The notes beneath the pieces are model-generated. The model saw only the letters and a program-made list of their open reading frames with translations. It was not told the DNA's origin and did no database searches. A DNA stretch of 53,982 nt, taken from contig CAZYIM010000004.1 in the NCBI GenBank assembly GCA_964647565.1, forward strand, positions 44,322 through 98,303, written 5' to 3'. Origin of the DNA: an uncultured Methanosarcinales archaeon (GTDB lineage Archaea; Nanobdellota; Nanobdellia; Woesearchaeales; CAZYIM01). Made by a program: the position numbers and the translations under genes. Positions 18,315-27,912 of this stretch are shown in pieces. The stretch's first letter is position 1. Each line of letters starts with the position of its first letter.

Positions 18315-19052
18315 TTATGATATTGTCTTTAAGAATTTCATCAGAATGTAGAATTCTTGGTTAGAGAGCGCCCAAAAATGCTTTTCAGTTAGTTTCTTAA
18401 TTTTCAGATCATTTTTTAGAAGCTCTCTTAGCTCTCTCTTGGTCTTTGATTTTTCAAAATTTTTAAGAATGATGTTTTTAACCTTCTTTTGGTCAAGCAG
18501 AGCCATTTTTTTCAAGAGTTCTTCTTTGGGATCGGAGGTTTTTCTGGGCTCCAATTTAACCAGAGTAGAACTTGTCGAGGGCGAGGGGTAGAATGCGTTT
18601 CTTGACACATCTCGTATATGACTGATACTAAAAAAACATCTTGATACAATACCCACTTTCTTTTCAGATAGCATAAGTTCATAAAACCTTTTTCCTATGG
18701 TGAGTACTGCCAATTTAAAATTGCATCTGATCAACTTCTTCAAAAGTGGTTCGGAGATAGAGTAAGGTATGTTAGATATGATTTTGGTATAATCCAACTC
18801 AGTTATCAAATCAAGAATATTTCCATTTACAACGTTAACATTGTCATAAGTCTTAGCGATAAGTGCATCTGCAAGTTCAGCGTCTTTCTCTACTGCACAA
18901 ACATTGCATTTGGATGCAATTAGCCGCGTCAATGCGCCTTTGCCAGTACCGATTTCCAGAACTAAGTCATCTTTTTTTAACTGGGATTCCTTTATGATTA
19001 ATCTCAAGACTTTTTTATCGACCATGAAATGCTGATCTAGCTCCGGATTCAT
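18315..19052 (-). CDS. ksgA: 16S rRNA m6,2A dimethyltransferase KsgA/RsmA
   Basis: LDQHFM, VLEIGTGKGALT, SNIPYSIS, AFYPSP; TATATATA at about 19074-19081 supports a leaderless ATG at 19052 rather than 19124. Confidence 0.9.
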   Translation of the reverse strand: MNPELDQHFMVDKKVLRLIIKESQLKKDDLVLEIGTGKGALTRLIASKCNVCAVEKDAELADALIAKTYDNVNVVNGNILDLITELDYTKIISNIPYSISEPLLKKLIRCNFKLAVLTIGKRFYELMLSEKKVGIVSRCFFSISHIRDVSRNAFYPSPSTSSTLVKLEPRKTSDPKEELLKKMALLDQKKVKNIILKNFEKSKTKRELRELLKNDLKIKKLTEKHFWALSNQEFYILMKFLKTIS

Positions 19053-19092
19053 AGAAGTTGAGAGCCAAGGACTATATATATGTTTTTTGCTT

Positions 19093-19199
19093 GCTAGCAT
19101 TTTGGCACGCTCACACTGCATCATTTACTATTTGATTGACCGATTTCATATTTATCGCATCTGAAACCTAAGGTTCGCTAGGTGCCAATATATGCTAGC
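19093..19199 (-). ncRNA. Candidate structured small RNA, element B
   Basis: 15-bp terminal stem (GCTAGCAT/ATGCTAGC plus TTGGCAC/GTGCCAA); TATA TTTATAAATA about 25 nt upstream; homology to element A. Confidence 0.5.
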
Positions 19200-19322
19200 T
19201 AGGTGCTGTCCTAATCGCTATATTTATAAATAGAGCCGTTTTCCATCAAGCTATAATTCAGCCCGAGTTAATAGCGCATAGGGTTGCTAATATGTGCTAA
19301 TTCTCGGAAGAACGGTGATAAT

Positions 19323-19784
19323 TTGGTAGAACTAAAACATTTTGTACGAGTAGCGAACACAGATCTTAAAGGAGATAAGAGACTATTAGTTGCCCTTACT
19401 AAAATCAAAGGTGTAGGCATGGTCTTCGCTAACCTGGTATGTAATCTCTCAGGTATTGATCCCCAAAAAAAAGCAGGAGAGCTGTCTGATTCAGAGGTTG
19501 CAATGATGGACAAGGTACTTAGTGATCCTGTTAAAAATGGTGCTCCTTCTTGGATTATTAACAGACGAAAAGATTATGAAACTGGTGAGGATAAACACCT
19601 AATATTATCTGATCTTGATTTTTCTAAGCAAGATGATATCAAACAACTCAAGAAATGCAAGACCTATAAAGGCCTAAGACACCAATGGGGTCTGCCGGTT
19701 AGAGGTCAAAAAACCAAAGCTAATTTTAGACCTAACAAGGGAAAAGTTAAGGTTCCTAAGAAAAAGACGGTGTTGAAACATTAA
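19323..19784 (+). CDS. rps13: 30S ribosomal protein uS13
   Basis: LTKIKGVG, INRRKD, YKGLRHQWGLPVRGQKTK; SD GGTGA supports TTG 19323. Confidence 0.96.
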   Translation: MVELKHFVRVANTDLKGDKRLLVALTKIKGVGMVFANLVCNLSGIDPQKKAGELSDSEVAMMDKVLSDPVKNGAPSWIINRRKDYETGEDKHLILSDLDFSKQDDIKQLKKCKTYKGLRHQWGLPVRGQKTKANFRPNKGKVKVPKKKTVLKH

Positions 19785-19795
19785 AGGTAATTAAT

Positions 19796-20545
19796 ATGGG
19801 CGATCCTAAGAAAATTCGAAAAAAATATGAGACTCCTGGGCATCCTTGGGAAAAAACAAGGATAGATGAAGAAAAAGCCTTGAAGCGAGAATATGGGTTT
19901 GGCAATAAAAAAGAACTTTGGAAGATGGCCTCTATTCTTAAGAATTTCAAGGATCAGGTTAAAAATCTTATTGCTACTCATGGAAAACAGGCAGATGTCT
20001 TAAGAGGTCAACTTAGACAGAGGATAGAATCCTTGGGTCTTCTACAACCCGGTGCTGATCTGGATGAGGTTCTTGGACTGTCTCTAAACGCTGTTCTTGA
20101 TCGAAGATTACAAACTGTGGTTTACAAAAAGGGTTTGGCACGATCTGTTAAACAAGCAAGACAATTTATTGTTCATAGGCATATCAAAGTCAATGATAAC
20201 ATTATAACCAGTCCATCTTACCTTGTTAGCGTAAGTGAGGAGTCGATGATTGAATTCTCCGCAAGATCTGCAATGCACAATACAGATCATCCTGAAAGAT
20301 ATGTTGAAGCTGCTGTGGCGGGTCCTGATGCTGTTTCTCCTATTAAGAAAAAGAAACAATCAGATAAGGAAGACAAAAAAGACAAAAAAGAACATAAGAA
20401 AGAGGAGAAAAAAGAGCCTGCTGAAAAAGTTGAGCCAAAAAAAGAAGAGGCTGTAGTCGAGCCAGAAACAGAGGCAAAACAAGATAATACTCCTGAATCT
20501 AAAGATAATCAAGAAAAAAAAGAAGCAGGTGACAAACAAGAATGA
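19796..20545 (+). CDS. rps4: 30S ribosomal protein uS4 with long Lys/Glu-rich tail
   Basis: [33 protein letters not shown]. Confidence 0.96.
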   Translation: MGDPKKIRKKYETPGHPWEKTRIDEEKALKREYGFGNKKELWKMASILKNFKDQVKNLIATHGKQADVLRGQLRQRIESLGLLQPGADLDEVLGLSLNAVLDRRLQTVVYKKGLARSVKQARQFIVHRHIKVNDNIITSPSYLVSVSEESMIEFSARSAMHNTDHPERYVEAAVAGPDAVSPIKKKKQSDKEDKKDKKEHKKEEKKEPAEKVEPKKEEAVVEPETEAKQDNTPESKDNQEKKEAGDKQE

Positions 20546-20943
20546 GATACGGCCAAGATTTAAGATGGGGTGTTGCTCACATTTATGCTTCTTATAATAA
20601 TACTATTATTCATGTAACTGATATTACGGGTACTGAAACAATTGGTATTGTTTCAGGAGGGCAGGTTGTCAAGTCAGACAGACTTGAATCTTCACCTACA
20701 GCGGCTATGACTGCCGCAAAAAAGATGGCCGATATCCTTCATGAAAAAGGAATTAATGGTATTCACGTTAAAATTAAAGCGCCAGGAGGCCATAATGGTC
20801 CTATGAATCCAGGTCCTGGTGCGCAAGCAGCAATTAGAGCCCTATCTAGAATGGGTTTGAAGATCGGATTGATTGAAGATATTACTCCAATTCCGCATGG
20901 TGGTTGTAGGAAAAAGGGCGGAAGAAGAGGGAGGCGAGTTTAA
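20542..20943 (+). CDS. rps11: 30S ribosomal protein uS11
   Basis: [35 protein letters not shown]. Confidence 0.97.
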   Translation: MRYGQDLRWGVAHIYASYNNTIIHVTDITGTETIGIVSGGQVVKSDRLESSPTAAMTAAKKMADILHEKGINGIHVKIKAPGGHNGPMNPGPGAQAAIRALSRMGLKIGLIEDITPIPHGGCRKKGGRRGRRV

Positions 20944-20944
20944 A

Positions 20945-21736
20945 ATGGATGTCAAGCTTTTATCTAAAAAAAATGAAAAGCTCGTGTTTTCAATTAAGGG
21001 AGAAGATGCAAGTTTTGTCAATGCTTTAAGGAGATATATGCTTGTAGAAGTCCCTACAATGGCTATTGAATCTGTCGAATTTCGAAAAAATAATTCAATT
21101 CTTTATGATGAGATGATAGCACACAGGCTTGGTTTAGTTCCATTAAAAACAGATTTAAAGTCCTATGTTCAGTCTTCCAAGTGTAAATGTAAAGGTGCAG
21201 GCTGTGCAAAATGTACATTAAAGCTGACATTGAAATCTGGTAAGACAGTTGGTTTTATTTATGCATCTCAAATAAAATCAAAAGATCCCAAAGTCAAACC
21301 TGTCTATCCCAAGACGCCCATTGCTAAGCTAATAGAAAATCAAGACTTAGTATTTGAAGCTACGGCAGTTCTAGGTTCTGGAAAGGATCACATGAAATTC
21401 AGTCCTTGCTTGGCTTTTTTTAGACACAATCCTAATATTGTTATCAAGAAGAACCCTGTAAACGCAGAAAAAATCGTTGAGCAATGCCCTGTAGATATTT
21501 TTGATATCAAATCAGGCAAATTAACCATTAATAAAACTAAGATTACTGATTGTCATCTGTGCAATGCTTGTGTAGATCTTGCAGACGGTGCAGTTGAAAT
21601 AAATAAAGAAGACAACTATGTTGTTCATGTTGAGTCCTGGGGTCAACTAGATCCTAAGGATATTGTGAAAACAGCTATAACTGTTTTCGATGAACAGATT
21701 GACGAGTTCGTAGGACTGGTCAAGACAGTCAAATAA
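20945..21736 (+). CDS. rpoD: DNA-directed RNA polymerase subunit D (Rpo3) with Fe-S domain
   Basis: NALRR...EVPTMAI, DEMIAHRLGLVPL, CPVD...CHLCNAC, ESWGQL. Confidence 0.95.
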   Translation: MDVKLLSKKNEKLVFSIKGEDASFVNALRRYMLVEVPTMAIESVEFRKNNSILYDEMIAHRLGLVPLKTDLKSYVQSSKCKCKGAGCAKCTLKLTLKSGKTVGFIYASQIKSKDPKVKPVYPKTPIAKLIENQDLVFEATAVLGSGKDHMKFSPCLAFFRHNPNIVIKKNPVNAEKIVEQCPVDIFDIKSGKLTINKTKITDCHLCNACVDLADGAVEINKEDNYVVHVESWGQLDPKDIVKTAITVFDEQIDEFVGLVKTVK

Positions 21737-21786
21737 GTAGGTAGCGAAATCCATGAGCGTTCCTGATCTGCAAGTCCAGTGGATTT

Positions 21787-21912
21787 GCGGGGGTGCCGGA
21801 GTGGTCAAACGGGCACGGTTGAGGTGTCGAAGACCCTGCCGCTAAAAGCGGATCTTCGGTTCAAATGCCGTGTGGTTTAGTACCTGCGCGAGTTCAAACC
21901 TCGTCCCCCGCA
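21787..21912 (+). tRNA. tRNA-Leu(GAG) with a 42-nt intron at 37/38 (21825-21866)
   Basis: Acceptor GCGGGGG/CCCCCGC, anticodon stem CACGG/CCGTG, long variable arm, T loop TTCAAAC; canonical BHB (TTGA/TCAA helix, GG^T and AT^G bulges, GTCGAAGA/TCTTCGGT intron helix); no encoded CCA. Confidence 0.95.
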
Positions 21913-21970
21913 GTAAACTAAGTTTACGAGGAGGGAGGGCGCCAGAAACTCTTTTTTTGGGTTTCTCTTG

Positions 21971-21982
21971 TCGTCCCCCGCA
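21971..21982 (+). repeat. 12-bp direct repeat of the tRNA-Leu 3' end (TCGTCCCCCGCA)
   Basis: Identical to 21901-21912. Confidence 0.8.
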
Positions 21983-21996
21983 TCAAAACAAGGTGC

Positions 21997-22593
21997 ATGA
22001 ATAATATGGCACCCCAAACACTAAAACCGGATGTGAAGAAGGCCTTCATATTCAATATAGCCAAGGTTGGAATTGCAGCATTGGTAATCATAATCATTGT
22101 TGTCATCCTACAGGTGACTGTGGGTCTCAATGTTTTTATTGAGCTCATGGATATGTTAGGACTTCAAGTTCAGGCATCCTCATTATTGATTTGGATGTCT
22201 CTGGTAATCCTCCTGATTGCAGGAGCATTGACAGGATTAAACTGGATTATACTTAGAGATGTTCGTTATGAGTTTTATGAAGATAAGCTCATATGCTTTG
22301 AGTCCAAGATGTTAGTGCTGATCCACAGTTTTGAAATTCCCTTTAGCAACATTACGCGGATAAGGGTTGATCAGGGCAGTTTTTTAGACAGCCTTTTAGA
22401 TACAGGATCTCTTTTCCTGGAGTTAAGTGCTATGGATAAAAAAGAGCAGCAAATTGAGTTTATTGATGATGTCCAGAACGTTGCTAATGCAATCAATCAA
22501 TGGATATTAAACTTTCGGGCAAAGCAATCGATACAAATCCAGTCCAATATGGAGATTAACGAAATATTGAATCAAGATCAATACACAAAATGA
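21997..22593 (+). CDS. Membrane protein with bPH-like C-terminal domain, inserted in the ribosomal operon
   Basis: Two TMs followed by YEFYEDKL...IPFSNITRI...LLDTGSL; ATGA overlap with rpl18e. Confidence 0.7.
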   Translation: MNNMAPQTLKPDVKKAFIFNIAKVGIAALVIIIIVVILQVTVGLNVFIELMDMLGLQVQASSLLIWMSLVILLIAGALTGLNWIILRDVRYEFYEDKLICFESKMLVLIHSFEIPFSNITRIRVDQGSFLDSLLDTGSLFLELSAMDKKEQQIEFIDDVQNVANAINQWILNFRAKQSIQIQSNMEINEILNQDQYTK

Positions 22594-22949
22594 AGAGAAA
22601 ACTTGTAAAAAATATTCAAACAATAGAGCTAATTCGGGCTCTAAAGAAGCTTTCAATAGAGAGCAATGTGAACTTATGGAAACGACTAGCTTCAGAACTG
22701 GAAAGTTCCACAAGGAGTAAAAGAGTCATTAATATATACAAGCTTAATAAGTATACGAAGGATAATGATTTGGTAATTGTTCCAGGTAAGGTGTTATCTG
22801 TGGGTGAGTTAGACCACAAGGTAAATGTGGCTGCATTCAGTTTTTCGGAAGCTGCTGCAGAAAAAATTAGATCAAATGGTTCTATTATGAGCCTTAAAGA
22901 GCTAATGCAAAAGAATCCAAAAGCAAAAAACGTGAAAATACTTGGTTAA
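22590..22949 (+). CDS. rpl18e: 50S ribosomal protein eL18
   Basis: LWKRLA, VIVPGKVLSVG, AAFSFSEAA. Confidence 0.95.
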   Translation: MKRKLVKNIQTIELIRALKKLSIESNVNLWKRLASELESSTRSKRVINIYKLNKYTKDNDLVIVPGKVLSVGELDHKVNVAAFSFSEAAAEKIRSNGSIMSLKELMQKNPKAKNVKILG

Positions 22950-22950
22950 A

Positions 22951-23367
22951 ATGATTATAGACGCAACTGATTTATTGTTAGGAAGACTGGCTGCATTGGC
23001 GGCCAAGAAGAGTCTCTTGGGAGAGAAAGTAGAGATAGTTAATTGTGGAGAGGCTGTGATTAGCGGTAATAAGAAAAGCATTCTCGCTCACTATAAGAGA
23101 AAAGCAGATATGGGTATTCATACTAAAGGTCCTTTCATTCCAAAATATCCTGGCAGATTTGTAAGGCGAACCATAAGAGGTATGCTTCCCCATAAACAAC
23201 CTAAAGGCAGAGTTGCCTATAAGAATATCAAATGCCATAATGGTCTTCCTGAAATCTTAAGAGAAAAAAAATTAGAGACATTTGGAAATATGAGTGTATC
23301 TAAACTTCCTTCTCCAAGATTCATTAAACTTAAGACTGTATGTAAAATGCTTGGTGGTAAAATATGA
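22951..23367 (+). CDS. rpl13: 50S ribosomal protein uL13
   Basis: IIDATDLLLGRLA, RRTIRGMLPHK; start TTG 22942 or ATG 22951. Confidence 0.95.
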   Translation: MIIDATDLLLGRLAALAAKKSLLGEKVEIVNCGEAVISGNKKSILAHYKRKADMGIHTKGPFIPKYPGRFVRRTIRGMLPHKQPKGRVAYKNIKCHNGLPEILREKKLETFGNMSVSKLPSPRFIKLKTVCKMLGGKI

Positions 23368-23759
23368 ATGTTATTCATACTAGTGGAAAAAGAAAGAGGG
23401 CAGTAGCCAGAGCAACCCTTAAACCTGGTAAAGGGCATGTTAAGGTTAATAATGTTCCAATAGAGCATATTGCTCCTAATTTAGTTATGATGAAGATCAA
23501 AGAGCCTCTGATACTTGCAGGTCCTGTTGCTGCAAAGGTAGATATATCTGTCAATGTTTTTGGAGGCGGATTTATGAGTAGGGCAGAGGCATCAAGATTG
23601 GCGATAGCTAGGGCTTTAGCTCAGTTTTCTCCAAAACTTGAGGAAGTGTTTGTTAATTATGAGCGACAGTTGCTTGTTGCAGATGTAAGAAGAAAAGAGA
23701 GTTCCAAGCCCAATAGTAAGGGTCAGGCAAGATCTAAAAGACAAAAATCATATCGTTAA
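23364..23759 (+). CDS. rps9: 30S ribosomal protein uS9
   Basis: GKRKRAVARA, GGGFMSRAEA, C-terminal QKSYR. Confidence 0.97.
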   Translation: MNVIHTSGKRKRAVARATLKPGKGHVKVNNVPIEHIAPNLVMMKIKEPLILAGPVAAKVDISVNVFGGGFMSRAEASRLAIARALAQFSPKLEEVFVNYERQLLVADVRRKESSKPNSKGQARSKRQKSYR

Positions 23760-23787
23760 AGCGGAAATAAATTTTAAAGGTGTAAAA

Positions 23788-23985
23788 ATGATAATACCCA
23801 TCAGATGCTTTAGTTGTGGAAAACCCGTTGCCCATCTCTGGGAGGACTTTGTTGAGAGAGCCAAGAAAGGAGAGGACCGAAAGCAGGTCATGGATAACCT
23901 GGGTTTAGAGAGATTTTGCTGCAGGGCTTTATTCCTGGGTCATATAGATCTCATAGATCTGACCAGCCAATTCAAGAAATTCTGA
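23788..23985 (+). CDS. rpoN: DNA-directed RNA polymerase subunit N (Rpo10)
   Basis: MIIPIRCFSCGK...RFCCR. Confidence 0.97.
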   Translation: MIIPIRCFSCGKPVAHLWEDFVERAKKGEDRKQVMDNLGLERFCCRALFLGHIDLIDLTSQFKKF

Positions 23986-24024
23986 ATATTTATTTTCTAT
24001 GTTTTCTTAATTTTTGTTGTATTT

Positions 24025-24924
24025 CTACTTTTTTCTTAATATATTTTTAGGGTCGCCTTTAAGAAAAGATTCTATATTTTGAATTGCAATTTCAGCTCCA
24101 TTTATGACTGCTTGCTTTGTTGAAAAAGCAATGTGGGGTGTGACTAATATTTTAGAATTACTTAATGCTTTTTGATAGAATTCGTTGGTTGTATCCCCAA
24201 ATTTTTCTGGATCACAGTCTATAGCCGCGCCGGCAACAATCCCTGCATTAATAGATTTAATTAGGCCATCTATGTCGTAAGTATAGGGTCTAGAAAAAGT
24301 GATGTAATAACAATCTTTTTTAAGACTCATAAAGAAATTTTCATCCAACAAATTTTTACTACTCGAATTGCAGTTAAGAGAATTAATGATCAGATCAGTA
24401 TTTTTAGAGCTGATGGTGAGGTCATCACCTCTTTCAAAAAATGTTATATCCATACCGAAGGCTTTGCATAGTATCCCTACTCGGCTACCTATATTTCCAT
24501 GTCCAATAATGAGGACTTTTTTGCCGACTAAACTTTGTTGAAGTTTTACGGGAAAATTTTCAGTAGCCCTGACCATGGGTGTAAATTTTCTAAATAAGGA
24601 TAAAGTCATGTACATCACCCATTCAACAATTGAATCCCTGTTCCCTCCTTGAGAATTTGCAACATTCACTCCATTTTTTTCTAAGTCTTTAGTGTTAAAA
24701 ACGCCAAGTTCTATATAGGGATAGGTTACGAAAACATTTTTTAATTTAGATAGGCTTTCTAGTAAATAATCTCCTTTACTATATATTACATCCGCATTTT
24801 TTGTTTTGTTTACAAAATCCTCAACAGATGCAGGACTTTCTAATATTGTGAGTTCTCCAATAGTTTCTAACCTTTTTTTGTGATCATCCTTAAGATCAAT
24901 TCCGAGTGTTATTATTTTCTTCAT
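24025..24924 (-). CDS. D-isomer-specific 2-hydroxyacid dehydrogenase family protein
   Basis: Rossmann IIGHGNIG, GAAIDCDPE, LVTPHIAF. Confidence 0.85.
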   Translation of the reverse strand: MKKIITLGIDLKDDHKKRLETIGELTILESPASVEDFVNKTKNADVIYSKGDYLLESLSKLKNVFVTYPYIELGVFNTKDLEKNGVNVANSQGGNRDSIVEWVMYMTLSLFRKFTPMVRATENFPVKLQQSLVGKKVLIIGHGNIGSRVGILCKAFGMDITFFERGDDLTISSKNTDLIINSLNCNSSSKNLLDENFFMSLKKDCYYITFSRPYTYDIDGLIKSINAGIVAGAAIDCDPEKFGDTTNEFYQKALSNSKILVTPHIAFSTKQAVINGAEIAIQNIESFLKGDPKNILRKK

Positions 24925-25051
24925 TTTGTTGTTCCTCGTAATCCTATTAATTAGTTACAATTTATAAATAAATCGATTTAGGAATGGAGTGGAAAAAACA
25001 CCTTAGTTATCTCATCAAATTTATTCTTTTTTAGTTTGTTTAACAAAAAAG

Positions 25052-25059
25052 TTTAAATA
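25052..25059 (+). promoter_or_regulatory. TATA box (TTTAAATA) with purine-rich BRE for the leuS leader
   Basis: AAAAAAG-TTTAAATA ending 23 nt before ATG 25082. Confidence 0.7.
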
Positions 25060-25081
25060 GCATCCCTATTTACTGTTTCTT

Positions 25082-25132
25082 ATGCAAACTGATTGCTATA
25101 ATTACCTTTTGGCTCTGCTTCTGTTAGTTTGA
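25082..25132 (+). CDS. Putative Leu-rich leader peptide (MQTDCYNYLLALLLLV) upstream of leuS
   Basis: 16-codon uORF with 6 Leu among the last 8 codons, starting at the predicted TSS; the Leu-codon strand is complementary to the leuS SD region. Confidence 0.75.
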   Translation: MQTDCYNYLLALLLLV

Positions 25133-25202
25133 AGACCCTTATATTTCAGGGTCTGATAGAAAACTTTTTTAATCAGCAGGCTAACCATCAAAGAGGATTA
25201 AG

Positions 25203-27893
25203 ATGAATGATAAAACACAGGTTGATTTTTCGAAGATAGCTGAGAAATGGCAGAAGAAATGGGCAGAGGCACGGATATTCAAGGTAAAAGAGGATCCCAA
25301 TAAAAAGAAATTCTACTGCCTTGAGATGTATCCTTATCCTTCGGCAACCCTGCACATGGGACATCTTAGGAACTATTCTATTGGAGATGCACTTGCAAGA
25401 TTTAAGCGTATGAATGGATTCAATGTCATCTATCCTATGGGCTATGATGCTTTTGGTTTGCCTGCAGAAAATGCTGCAATAAAACACAAGGTTGATCCTG
25501 AGAAATGGACATTATCTAACATTGAGAGTATAAAAGCCCAACAGCAAAAGATGGGTCTTTCCTATGACTGGTCAAGACAGATACAATCATGTGATGAAAA
25601 TTATTACAAATGGAATCAATGGATTTTTCTTAAGTTTCTTGAAAAAGGACTTGCCTACAAGAAACAATCTGCTGTGAACTGGTGTCCTGGGTGCCATACA
25701 GTTCTAGCAAATGAGCAGGTCATCGGCGGCCAATGTTGGAGATGCAAGGCTGATGTTGAGGAAAAGGCATTAGACCAATGGTTTTTCAAGATTACTCAAT
25801 ACGCAGAAGAATTGTTGCAGGATATTGATAAACTTGAGTATTGGCCTGAGAAAGTCAAAATCATGCAAAAGAACTGGATTGGCAAGAGTCATGGTGTTGA
25901 CTTGTTCTTTAAAGTCAAAGATAGTGATGTGGTCATACCTACTTTCACGACAAGGTGTGACACTATTTTCAGTGTGACTTTTGTAGTCATTGCGCCTGAG
26001 AATCCTTTGATAAAAGAGCTTGTGAAAGGTACCCAATATGAGGTGGAAGTAGAGAAACTCCTAAAAATTATTTCCAAACAGACAGTAATTGAGAGAACAA
26101 CAGAGTCTGGAAAGGATAAGTTAGGGTGTTTCCTTGGAAAATATGCTATCAATCCTGCCAATGGGGAAGAGATACCTATTTACATGGCTAATTTTGCATT
26201 GGCTGATTATGGTACAGGTTCAGTCATGGCAGATGCTCATGATCAAAGAGATTTTGAATTTGCAAAGAAATATGGCATACCTCTCAAATTTGTGATTTCT
26301 GATGATGGATCACCTATTAATCCTGATAAAGCATCAAGAGCGTTTCTTAATGATGGTATCTTGTATGATTCAGGAGAATTTTCAGGTATGCATAATCGTG
26401 ACGCACTTCCCGAGATGGCAGATTGGCTTGAGAAAACAGGTGGTGGCAAGAAGACCATAAACTATAAACTTAGGGATTGGTTGATATCCCGTCAGAGATA
26501 TTGGGGGACACCCATACCTGTAATCTACTGTGACGAATGTGGTGTTGTTCCTGTACCTTATGAAGATCTTCCTGTCAAACTTCCTAAGGATGCTAAATTT
26601 ACTGGCAAGGGAAATCCTATTCTTACATCAAAAAGTTTTATGGAATGCAAATGTCTTAAATGTGGCTCAGCGGCTAAACGAGAAAGCGATACAATGGACA
26701 CCTTTGTTGATAGCAGTTGGTATTTTTTGAGATATTGCAGTCCTAAATTTGACAAGCTGCCTTTTGATGGCTCTGCTGTTAAATATTGGATGGCTGTTGA
26801 TCAATATATAGGGGGTATAGAGCACGCAATTCTTCATTTGTTATATGCAAGATTCTTTACAAAGGCGCTTCGTGATCTTGGATTACATAAAGTGGACGAA
26901 CCGTTTGCCAGACTGCTTTGTCAGGGAATGGTCATTAAGGATGGCGCTAAGATGTCGAAATCATTAGGTAATGTTGTTGATCCTGCAGAGATAATGGATA
27001 AATACGGTGCAGATACTGCCCGTTTGTTCATACTGTTTGCTGCGCTTCCTGAAAAAGAACTTGATTGGTCTGATCAAGGCGTACAAGCTAGCTATAGATT
27101 CCTCAATAAGGTATATTCCCTTCTTGAAAAGGTCGAGTATAGATCTGAAGCCAGCAACAAGGACTCTTTTATTGAGAGTAAGATGCACAAGACCATAAGG
27201 ACCGTGTCTGATTACATTCAGGATTTCAAGTTCAGCCTTGCAATCGGTGCGATAATGGAGTTTGTGGGTGCCTTGCAGAACTACAGAAAAGAGCCCGTCC
27301 AAAAAAATATATATGCTGACGCAGTCAAGACAACACTGCTTTTACTAGGTCCTTTTGCACCTCATGTCTGCGAAGAGATGTGGGAAGCAACAGGTAATAA
27401 AAGTTACATCTCTGTTGCAGATTGGCCCAAATTCGATGCCAAAAAGATTGATGAGAAAGCAGAGGCTGCAGAAGAGATGGTTCATACACTTAAGTCTGAC
27501 ATCAATACAGTAAAGGAGCTTCTTAATTTTGACAGTTTAAAAAAGGTGCAGATCATTGTCAGCGCCTCCTGGAAGTTTGATTTCATGAGACTGTTCAAGG
27601 AAGAGCTTGCAAAGACAAGAGATGTTTCTGAGATTATCAAGGTTCTGATGCAGACAGATCTTAAGAGATACGGCCAAGAGATTTCAAAATTAGTGCCTAA
27701 ATTTGTGGCAGACCCAGGCAAGATATCTGACGTTGTCCTTGATCAGGACAGGGAGATCAAACAGATGGAAAGCCATATAGATTTCCTTAAGGAAGAGTTC
27801 TCAGCAGAGATTGAGGTCATAAAAGCAGAAGACTCCCAAGAGCAGAAAGCCAAAAGTGCCATGCCAGGCAAGCCAGCAATATTGGTGGAATGA
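25203..27893 (+). CDS. leuS: Leucine--tRNA ligase (bacterial-type core, archaeal-type C-terminal domain)
   Basis: [48 protein letters not shown]-terminal [11 protein letters not shown]. Confidence 0.97.
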   Translation: MNDKTQVDFSKIAEKWQKKWAEARIFKVKEDPNKKKFYCLEMYPYPSATLHMGHLRNYSIGDALARFKRMNGFNVIYPMGYDAFGLPAENAAIKHKVDPEKWTLSNIESIKAQQQKMGLSYDWSRQIQSCDENYYKWNQWIFLKFLEKGLAYKKQSAVNWCPGCHTVLANEQVIGGQCWRCKADVEEKALDQWFFKITQYAEELLQDIDKLEYWPEKVKIMQKNWIGKSHGVDLFFKVKDSDVVIPTFTTRCDTIFSVTFVVIAPENPLIKELVKGTQYEVEVEKLLKIISKQTVIERTTESGKDKLGCFLGKYAINPANGEEIPIYMANFALADYGTGSVMADAHDQRDFEFAKKYGIPLKFVISDDGSPINPDKASRAFLNDGILYDSGEFSGMHNRDALPEMADWLEKTGGGKKTINYKLRDWLISRQRYWGTPIPVIYCDECGVVPVPYEDLPVKLPKDAKFTGKGNPILTSKSFMECKCLKCGSAAKRESDTMDTFVDSSWYFLRYCSPKFDKLPFDGSAVKYWMAVDQYIGGIEHAILHLLYARFFTKALRDLGLHKVDEPFARLLCQGMVIKDGAKMSKSLGNVVDPAEIMDKYGADTARLFILFAALPEKELDWSDQGVQASYRFLNKVYSLLEKVEYRSEASNKDSFIESKMHKTIRTVSDYIQDFKFSLAIGAIMEFVGALQNYRKEPVQKNIYADAVKTTLLLLGPFAPHVCEEMWEATGNKSYISVADWPKFDAKKIDEKAEAAEEMVHTLKSDINTVKELLNFDSLKKVQIIVSASWKFDFMRLFKEELAKTRDVSEIIKVLMQTDLKRYGQEISKLVPKFVADPGKISDVVLDQDREIKQMESHIDFLKEEFSAEIEVIKAEDSQEQKAKSAMPGKPAILVE

Positions 27894-27912
27894 TTAATTC
27901 TTATAAGAAAAA

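Noticed and set aside
19053..19124. N-terminal extension of KsgA in the ORF track
   Set aside because: Overlaps a TATA box and structured element B; family similarity starts at MNPELDQHF (19052)
24025..24924. AT-rich dehydrogenase gene as a mobile element
   Set aside because: Composition looks slightly different, but there are no terminal repeats or mobility genes, and it cannot be quantified by eye
25060..25200. T-box riboswitch upstream of leuS
   Set aside because: No T-box consensus (GGTGG.ACC) and too short for stem I; the leader-peptide model fits better
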